A DNA stretch of 37,573 bases from Gammaproteobacteria bacterium (GTDB lineage: Bacteria; Pseudomonadota; Gammaproteobacteria; Natronospirales; REEB76), in contig JBOIBD010000002.1 of the NCBI GenBank assembly GCA_050739415.1, positions 1 through 37,573 of the forward strand, given 5' to 3'. Position numbers and translations under genes: made by a program. Positions 20,796 through 27,195 of this stretch are shown here, one piece after another (position 1 is the stretch's first letter; each line of letters begins with the position of its first letter). The notes below the pieces were generated by a model. It worked only from the letters and a program-made list of their open reading frames with translations. It was not told where the DNA came from and did no database searches.

Positions 20796-21746
20796 GTGAT
20801 CTTGGTTGATACGGCCCCACAGAAATTTACGGCTCCACGCATAGTCACACGGTTAAGCGGCCGTGATCAATCGGTTCTGTATCTTGCCGATGATCCGATT
20901 TTGGCCGGAGGAAAACGCGGGAGTTACCTTTTTGAGCGGCATCAGACTTCGCCAGGTAACTTGCCCCCGCATGTTTTTGAAGAGCATATGTTCATGCTGC
21001 CCATGAGTTCATCACCCGTACCGTTTCGCAGCCACCTCAACGGCCGGCAGGTAAATGGCCAGTTCGAACCCGGGCGATTCCGGTTCCTCGCGGCGGGTGA
21101 CAGCCTGTCAACCGCGTGGAATCAGTCAATGGAGAGCATTCTGATTGCAATTCACCCCGCTGTGCTGCACCGCACTTTGGGCGATGATCTGCAGTGTGTT
21201 TCGAACGAACTGACATCGAATATTTTGCCGCACGACGACCCCGTACTGGCCAACCTGATATTGGCATTGCAAGCGTACATCCAATCGGGCTGTCTGGCGG
21301 GCAGGCTGTTTGAGCAGTCTATTCTGACGGCGATTGGCGCGCATTTACTGTCCGCATACGGCGGCCGCCGGGGCCGGCGAAGCCAAGGCTACCGTGCGCC
21401 CCTGCTGCGCTGGAAGCTGACGCGCGTTGAAGAGTACGTGCGGCAAAACCTCGCTCGCAGCGATCTCAATCTTGGGGAAATCGCCGCGGCGGTGAATTTG
21501 AGCATGTGCCAGCTCAGCCGGACATTCCGGGCAACCACGGGGCAAAGGTTGTGGCAGTTTGTCCTGGAGCGCCGGGCACGTGAAGCCATGCGCATGATGA
21601 GCGGCAAACATCCACCGCCGCTCGCACAGATTGCGCACGCCTGTGGCTTTGAGAGTTATTCGCAATTCATTGCGGCATTCCGAAAATTGTACGGGCTTTT
21701 GCCGAAGGACTATCTGCGTACTTTTGACGGACCGGATAGGCAATGA
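20796..21746 (+). CDS. AraC family transcriptional regulator
   Basis: The C-terminus has the dual-HTH AraC signature (LNLGEIAAAVNLSMCQLSRTFRATTG...LAQIAHACGFESYSQFIAAFRKLYGLLPKDY). It has a GTG start. It is divergent from the TPR regulator and directly upstream of the lipoprotein cluster. Confidence 0.9.
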   Translation: MILVDTAPQKFTAPRIVTRLSGRDQSVLYLADDPILAGGKRGSYLFERHQTSPGNLPPHVFEEHMFMLPMSSSPVPFRSHLNGRQVNGQFEPGRFRFLAAGDSLSTAWNQSMESILIAIHPAVLHRTLGDDLQCVSNELTSNILPHDDPVLANLILALQAYIQSGCLAGRLFEQSILTAIGAHLLSAYGGRRGRRSQGYRAPLLRWKLTRVEEYVRQNLARSDLNLGEIAAAVNLSMCQLSRTFRATTGQRLWQFVLERRAREAMRMMSGKHPPPLAQIAHACGFESYSQFIAAFRKLYGLLPKDYLRTFDGPDRQ

Positions 21747-21942
21747 TTGGCATCATGCGCGCAAAAATCCAAAGTCCACCGCAATAAATTGAAGTCCAGA
21801 CATCAATATGGGAACTATTATTTGATTCAAGCGCCGAGTGGATGCGAGCGAGAATACAACTGGGGCGCGTGAGGGCGGAGGGAAACCCCGGCGATGACCT
21901 CAAGCCGGGAGGTATCTGAATAAAACTTTGGGAGAAACAGCC

Positions 21943-23601
21943 ATGAAACTTCAGCGTTTGACGGTCCTTTTGCCGGGGATGTTGCTGGCGGTCGTATTGA
22001 CCGCCTGCGGCGGGGGAGGATCGAGTTCCCCATCTGGATCATCGTCCAGTAGCAGTTCCGGCGGCAGTTCCTCGGGTGGGAGTTCTTCGTCAGGTGGCAG
22101 CTCATCCAGCAGTTCCTCGGGCGGCAGCTCGTCAGGAGGAAGTTCGTCCAGCGGCGGGTCCTCAAGCTCCAGTTCGTCCGGCGGCAGTTCTTCAGGCGGC
22201 GGCTCCGGTTCGGACTCGCTGCTCAGCGGCCAGTATGCCTTCATCGTTAGCGGCTTTGACTCAGCGCTCGCGGGCAGTATCACGGTCAACGGCAGCGGAA
22301 CGATTACCGGCGGCACGGAGGACATCGCGACTCCGGCCAGCAACCCCAATCTGTCCGGTTCGGATCTGAGCATCACCAGCGGCACCTACACGGTCGGCTC
22401 GGATCACCGCGGCACGCTGAGCTACACCGATTCCAACGGCAACAAATTCACCTTCGCGTTTGCGCTCGGTGCCATCTCGGGCGGCGTGGCCGCGCAAGGC
22501 CAGATGATCGAGTTCGATTCCAATCCGCTCGAAATGACGGGCCAGCTCGCACTGCAGAATCCGGCCGCGTTTTCCGCGTCCGCGTTGAGCGGCACCTATG
22601 CCTTGGACTTGCCGGGCTGGGATGCTTCCAACCAGAACCCGCAAGTGATTATCGGCAGCTTCACCGCCGGTGCAGGCGCTATTACCAATGGACTACTTGA
22701 TATCAACGACGGTGGCTCGGTTAAGGCGGCGCAGTCTTTCACCGGCAGCCTTGGCAGCATTGGCTCGAATGGTCGCGGCGCAATGACCGTAAATGTCGGT
22801 ACCAATACCAATACAATCACACTCTACGTGGTTTCCGCCGGCGAATGGTTCCTGATCAGCGGGACCTCGGCAAGCGAGAATTTCGCAACTGTCGGTGAAG
22901 TAATTCAGCAGAGCGGTGGGCCGTTCAGCGCGTCATCGCTGAACGGCAACACGATATTTGTGGATCAGTCGGAAACCGGCGTGCCTTCGCCGCATGCCAT
23001 GCTGGGCCTCCTGAACTTTGCCTCGAACGGCACGTTTTCGGGCTCGCTCGATATCAACGACGGCGGTACGGTCAGCTCGATGACGGCTACGGGCACGTTC
23101 AGTTTCACGAACGCGGCGAACGGCCGCTTTACCCTTACTCCCGGTGGTAACACCCTGGTTGGCTATATGGTGGCCCCGAACGAGGCCGTCATGACTGAGA
23201 CAACTGCTAACAAGCAGCCAGATTTCGGCACCCTCGAACCGCAGTCGGCCGGCCCGTTCAGCAACAGTTCCGTGGACAGCTCGTTCTATCTTGGCACGCT
23301 GCCGCTGATGTCCCCCGGCGCGCCGGGCAATCCGCCGCCGGCCTTGAACATCACCTCCGGCATTGCGGCTTTCAACGGCAGCGGTGGCCTTTCAGACACC
23401 GTAGATATCAATTCATCCGGTGTGACGACTTCCGGCTTTACCGGTTCGGATACCTACTCGGTGGCGGCGAATGGCCGCATGACGACCACGTCGGGTGACT
23501 TCGTGGGATACCTCGTTTCGCCGACAAAACTCTACTTGCTGAACATCGCGCAGGGTCAACCGGGCACACCGAATCCATCCATATTCATCGTTCAGCAGTA
23601 G
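21943..23601 (+). CDS. Lipoprotein LP1: lipobox, 70-aa Ser/Gly tether, then four copies of a Cys-free beta-rich domain of about 115-130 aa
   Basis: MKLQRLTVLLPGMLLAVVLTA|C lipobox, with GGGAGA upstream of the ATG at 21943. The internal repeats are marked by LSGQYAF / LSGTYAL / LNGNTIF starts and by GxxDINDGG(S/T)V...GRxT cores. Confidence 0.75.
   Translation: MKLQRLTVLLPGMLLAVVLTACGGGGSSSPSGSSSSSSSGGSSSGGSSSSGGSSSSSSSGGSSSGGSSSSGGSSSSSSSGGSSSGGGSGSDSLLSGQYAFIVSGFDSALAGSITVNGSGTITGGTEDIATPASNPNLSGSDLSITSGTYTVGSDHRGTLSYTDSNGNKFTFAFALGAISGGVAAQGQMIEFDSNPLEMTGQLALQNPAAFSASALSGTYALDLPGWDASNQNPQVIIGSFTAGAGAITNGLLDINDGGSVKAAQSFTGSLGSIGSNGRGAMTVNVGTNTNTITLYVVSAGEWFLISGTSASENFATVGEVIQQSGGPFSASSLNGNTIFVDQSETGVPSPHAMLGLLNFASNGTFSGSLDINDGGTVSSMTATGTFSFTNAANGRFTLTPGGNTLVGYMVAPNEAVMTETTANKQPDFGTLEPQSAGPFSNSSVDSSFYLGTLPLMSPGAPGNPPPALNITSGIAAFNGSGGLSDTVDINSSGVTTSGFTGSDTYSVAANGRMTTTSGDFVGYLVSPTKLYLLNIAQGQPGTPNPSIFIVQQ
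22009..22218 (+). repeat. In-frame Ser/Gly low-complexity tandem repeat (LP1 tether)
   Basis: GGGGSSSPSG is followed by an exact 20-aa period, SSSSSSSGGSSSGGSSSSGG, in about 2.7 copies (units at 22039, 22099 and 22159). The DNA copies differ at many synonymous positions, including AGY/TCN serine codon switches. Confidence 0.9.
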
Positions 23602-23756
23602 GCCGGCGATGGTGATGATCGAACACGGCCGGTAAGGAAGTCGGCCCTTCATGGGTGCAGCCACGGCTGCCGCCGGGTTTGCAGAAGCGTGAACAGAATC
23701 TGCTCAGGATTTTGAGAAGCGAACTTCATGGGGATTTATATAACGGGAGTGCTGTC

Positions 23757-25094
23757 ATGAAGATTCAAAGGCTTGGCGCATTGGGGACGGCATTATTGTT
23801 TGCGTTGGCACTGTCGGCATGCGGCGGCGGTGGCGGTTCCTCGGGTAGCCCGCCGACGGGTAGTTCCTCCAGCGGGGGCTCTTCGAGCGGCGGCTCATCC
23901 GGTGGCAGCTCTTCCGGAGGCGGTTCCTCAGCGGTCACTTTTAGCGTGTGGGTGTCAAACGGGGACAACAGCATTACCGAAGTTATGCCAGCGGCAATCG
24001 CTGCGCAGTCTTGTTCGGTATCAACATGCGTGACATTCACTGGAGGCGGCATGAATGGTACGTATGCCTTGACAGCGGATGCAAACGGCGATATCTGGAT
24101 CGTGAATGACCCCGATGCAAACCTAGAGATTGCATCCAGTGTTACCGAGATCACTGCATCGGCAGTCGCGGCAGGGGCTTGTGGCAATACCACCTGTCTT
24201 AACTTTGTTGGTGGAGGGATAAGTGAGCCCCAAGATATTACGGTAGACGCTAAAGGAAATGTCTGGGTCGCGAATTTTGGATGCCCAAACTTGGCGTCGA
24301 CCACTTCGGGTTGCAACAACAGTAATGGCGGACTAAATGGTGGAATAACCGAGATTGAGCCGGGCGCTACACAAAACTGCTCCTCTGGATGTGCCTACTT
24401 CACTCTCCAACAAGGCGGTAATGGTGTACCAGAGATAATGCCGGAAGGTGTTGCAGTGGACAAGGAGGGGAATATTTGGTTTTCAAGCGACGGATGTTTG
24501 TCCGTGCCCTTGTGCACGAATCCAGCAAGCGTTGTGGAAATCCCCACAGCCACTATTCAGGCAGGATCGTGTAACAACGCTCAAGCCTGCCCTGCGTATT
24601 CTGGGAACATGGACGGCGTCGGAGGTATTGGCGTTGATGCTTCTCAAAATGTATGGATCGCTGGCAATACGGTAACCGAGATTAAAAATGGAGCACCGAC
24701 AACTTGTACTTTTGGTTGTATTACCTATTCTGGCTTCGATTTGAATGGCACTGAAGCCGTTGCAACTGACGGAGTGGGAAATGTATGGGTCGCCAGTGTA
24801 AATGCCGAGTCACTGACGGAGATCACAACAGCCGCAGTTGCTGCTGGAAGTTGTGGAACCACTTCCTGCCCCATTTACTCAATTGGTGAAATTATAGATA
24901 ATCCGCGCCCGTTGGCCGTAGATCAAAATGGGGATATATGGGTTGGTGCTCAAGGGCCAAGCGTAATTCAAGAAATACAACCGGGCGCTGCGTCGAATTG
25001 TTCGTCTGGGTGCATCGTTATAAGTAATTATCCAAGCACGCCAGTTTCCATCGCTATTGCTAGAAATGCTGAAACTAATAGTGGACAACTGTGA
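23757..25094 (+). CDS. Lipoprotein LP2: lipobox, 36-aa Ser/Gly tether, then an NHL/Vgb-like repeat (beta-propeller-like) domain with 9 close Cys pairs
   Basis: MKIQRLGALGTALLFALALSA|C lipobox, with GGGAG 7 nt upstream of the ATG at 23757. There are 6 blade motifs D-x-x-G-(N/D)-(I/V)-W-(V/I/F) (ADANGDIWIVN, DAKGNVWVAN, DKEGNIWFSS, DASQNVWIAG, DGVGNVWVAS, DQNGDIWVGA). These alternate with (I/V)TEI...C-x(3-5)-C segments. Confidence 0.8.
   Translation: MKIQRLGALGTALLFALALSACGGGGGSSGSPPTGSSSSGGSSSGGSSGGSSSGGGSSAVTFSVWVSNGDNSITEVMPAAIAAQSCSVSTCVTFTGGGMNGTYALTADANGDIWIVNDPDANLEIASSVTEITASAVAAGACGNTTCLNFVGGGISEPQDITVDAKGNVWVANFGCPNLASTTSGCNNSNGGLNGGITEIEPGATQNCSSGCAYFTLQQGGNGVPEIMPEGVAVDKEGNIWFSSDGCLSVPLCTNPASVVEIPTATIQAGSCNNAQACPAYSGNMDGVGGIGVDASQNVWIAGNTVTEIKNGAPTTCTFGCITYSGFDLNGTEAVATDGVGNVWVASVNAESLTEITTAAVAAGSCGTTSCPIYSIGEIIDNPRPLAVDQNGDIWVGAQGPSVIQEIQPGAASNCSSGCIVISNYPSTPVSIAIARNAETNSGQL
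23823..23930 (+). repeat. In-frame Ser/Gly low-complexity repeat (LP2 tether)
   Basis: GGGGGSSGSPPTGSSSSGGSSSGGSSGGSSSGGGSS follows the lipobox Cys directly. Confidence 0.9.
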
Positions 25095-25234
25095 TTCTTC
25101 GCAAAATGGAATTAAGGTCATGCAGATAGTTTCCTGGCAAGATGGCAGTCAATGCCCAAATCAACCGCCACCATTTCTGAAAGTCGCGCGACACTTATCC
25201 ACAACATGTTCATGATATTGAGGTGCGAACGAAA

Positions 25235-27163
25235 ATGAATATGAAGCGCGTTAGATTTTTCGTTCTATTGGTCCCCCTGCTTTTCAGTGCCATCTCTGGT
25301 TGCGGCGGAGGCACCTCTGCATCAGGAAGCGGAGGCACCTCATCGTCTGGAGGCGGATCAGGAGGCGGTGGATCACCGCTCCAGTCCTACACAACGGCCG
25401 GGACGTATGAATTCACCGTTCCCTCCGGCACCACGTCCATAATTGTTCAAGCATGGGGTGGTGGGGGTGGAGGAGGACTCGGTTGTTATTACACGGATGG
25501 GTATGGGGGCGGGGGCGGGGGAGGGGGAGGAGGATATGCACAGATTCAACTCAGCGTCACACCAGGAGCTGCTTTTACTGTAAATGTAGGCGGTGGCGGC
25601 GGTGTTGGCACGGTATCACCTGCTGGTGAGTGCATCGGGGGTGGCACTTCGGGTGGCAATAGTCAAATTCAAACGCAAAATGGTACGGTTCTCGTTGAAG
25701 CAACTGGTGGCTCCGGTGGCCTAAATGAAGGTCGTGGCGGAACTGGTGGTAATGGTAACGGAGAAACTGGTTTCACAAGCATGACGGGATCGATCGGTAT
25801 GAACGGCACTGCTTTCACGAATACTTTTGATCAAGTCGGTGGCGCTGGTGGTGCAGGGGCTAACGGTGGTGCAGGAGGGGTGGGTGGTTCAGCAGCATCC
25901 AATGTCATTGGAGAGGCAGGTGTGTCTCCTGGTGGAGGCGGTGGCGGTGGCGCTGCCAATGAAGTCAATTTCCCGGCCGGGCCGGGTGCTCCGGGACAAG
26001 TGGTTATAACTACGGGGACAGGAGGCGGCAGCCCTTCGGGCGGAAGCTCATCCAGCGGCTCATCGGGGGGGGCTTCATCGTCCAGCGGTAGTTCGTCCGG
26101 GGGCAGCTCGTCAGGCGGCAGCTCTTCTGGAGGAAGCTCCTCGGGCGGTTCATCCTCCAGCAGCAGTTCCTCAGGTGGAAGCTCGTCCGGGGGTAGCTCC
26201 AGTGGAGGGGGTCCTCCACCTAACACTGGCAATGGAAACGTCTATTGGGCAGAGCAATTTACCGGGGTCATCTGCACAGCGGCAAAGAGCCAGCAGAACG
26301 GTACGTGCAACGTTATTGCTACTGGGCAGGTTGGCGCAACATCAATTGCTATAGATTCTACTAACGTTTTCTGGACAGATGCTCACTCAGTATGCTGGGC
26401 ACCGAAGACGCAAAAAAATGGTGGCTGCACTAATACCATAATGGCTAATGGCAGTCCCGTATCCTATCAGGCGCCAGCAGAAATCGCGATAAGTACCGAT
26501 GATGTCCATTTTACATTTGCAGATAGCGGAACAGGCAACGTTTATATTTGTTCGAATCCCGCCAACGGCGCTGTCACTTGCACATCGTATGGTTCCTTTA
26601 CGGACCCACGCAGCACGGTTGCGGATAGCAATTATGTCTATATAGACAATACGGGTGCTGGCAGTGTATTGAGTTGCCCGATATTGCCAGGAACGTGTAC
26701 GACACTGCAGACCAATCCATTAGCCTCTGGCGCGCCAACTGATGATGGCATGGCGCTTGACACCAGTTCTGTCTATTACGCTGTTTATATCAACGCCTCA
26801 CTAGGTAATATTTGCGAAGTGCTCAAGACAGGTTCGGGACAGTTGTGCTCGACCGCGATCGCGACATCTCAAGGCGGGCCGGTTCGTGTCGCCGTTGATT
26901 CTGCGAATATCTACTGGTCTGATGACGGGGACGGCCAAATCTGTACTGCCCCAAAGACACAAATTAACGGCGGCTGCACAACAGTCATCGCTAGTAACCA
27001 GTCCTCCCCTTACGGGATTGCGATCGATTCGAGTTATATTTATTGGATAAATTCAGGCAATGGGCAAGTGTGTTGGGCACTGAAGAACGTGAATCAAGGC
27101 TCGTGCAACATAATTGCTACAGACCCACCGGCCGGTTCAATAGCCATTGCTGTCGATCCATGA
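25235..27163 (+). CDS. Lipoprotein LP3: lipobox, 24-aa Ser/Gly tether, poly-Gly 'glycine-rich domain', 64-aa Ser/Gly linker, then 7 YWTD-like repeats each with a Cys pair
   Basis: MNMKRVRFFVLLVPLLFSAISG|C lipobox. The N-domain SYTTAGTYEFTVPSGTTSIIVQAWGGGGGGG...GGGGGGGGGGYAQIQLSVTPGAAFTVNVGGGGG resembles, from memory, the glycine-rich domain family seen in phage-fibre-like and viral proteins. The C-domain repeats (IAIDSTNVFWTD, VDSANIYWSD, IDSSYIYWIN) each carry C-x(6-10)-C. The start could be 25223 (GTG), 25235 or 25241. Confidence 0.8.
   Translation: MNMKRVRFFVLLVPLLFSAISGCGGGTSASGSGGTSSSGGGSGGGGSPLQSYTTAGTYEFTVPSGTTSIIVQAWGGGGGGGLGCYYTDGYGGGGGGGGGGYAQIQLSVTPGAAFTVNVGGGGGVGTVSPAGECIGGGTSGGNSQIQTQNGTVLVEATGGSGGLNEGRGGTGGNGNGETGFTSMTGSIGMNGTAFTNTFDQVGGAGGAGANGGAGGVGGSAASNVIGEAGVSPGGGGGGGAANEVNFPAGPGAPGQVVITTGTGGGSPSGGSSSSGSSGGASSSSGSSSGGSSSGGSSSGGSSSGGSSSSSSSSGGSSSGGSSSGGGPPPNTGNGNVYWAEQFTGVICTAAKSQQNGTCNVIATGQVGATSIAIDSTNVFWTDAHSVCWAPKTQKNGGCTNTIMANGSPVSYQAPAEIAISTDDVHFTFADSGTGNVYICSNPANGAVTCTSYGSFTDPRSTVADSNYVYIDNTGAGSVLSCPILPGTCTTLQTNPLASGAPTDDGMALDTSSVYYAVYINASLGNICEVLKTGSGQLCSTAIATSQGGPVRVAVDSANIYWSDDGDGQICTAPKTQINGGCTTVIASNQSSPYGIAIDSSYIYWINSGNGQVCWALKNVNQGSCNIIATDPPAGSIAIAVDP
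25505..25527 (+). other. Canonical G-quadruplex motif (G5-N1-G5-N1-G5-N1-G5) on the coding strand of LP3
   Basis: gggggcgggggcgggggaggggg encodes part of the Gly10 run. A second G-rich tract, ggggtggtgggggtggaggagga, lies at 25455-25477. Confidence 0.7.
26021..26212 (+). repeat. In-frame Ser/Gly low-complexity tandem repeat (LP3 inter-domain linker)
   Basis: GGGSPSGGSSSSGSSGGASSSSGSSSGGSSSGGSSSGGSSSGGSSSSSSSSGGSSSGGSSSGGG contains a run of the 5-aa period GGSSS. It is followed by PPP. Confidence 0.9.
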
Positions 27164-27195
27164 AGCGCAATTGATTTGACCTTGGAGACAAGGGT

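Noticed and set aside
22009-22218. I considered whether the tandem repeats in the SG-coding regions could be a CRISPR array or a VNTR-type non-coding repeat.
   Set aside because: The units are contiguous with no spacers, imperfect, in frame and inside long ORFs. No leader or cas genes are present.
21951-22385. The minus-strand ORF of 144 aa is rich in ELPPDELPPEE repeats. Similar antisense ORFs occur at 23765-24319, 25831-26232, 26010-26219 and 28683-28961.
   Set aside because: These ORFs are the mirror image of the Ser/Gly-coding repeats: GGC/AGC/TCN codons read as GCC/GCT/GA(N) on the other strand. They have no start context and overlap well-supported lipoprotein genes that have signal peptides and Shine-Dalgarno sites.
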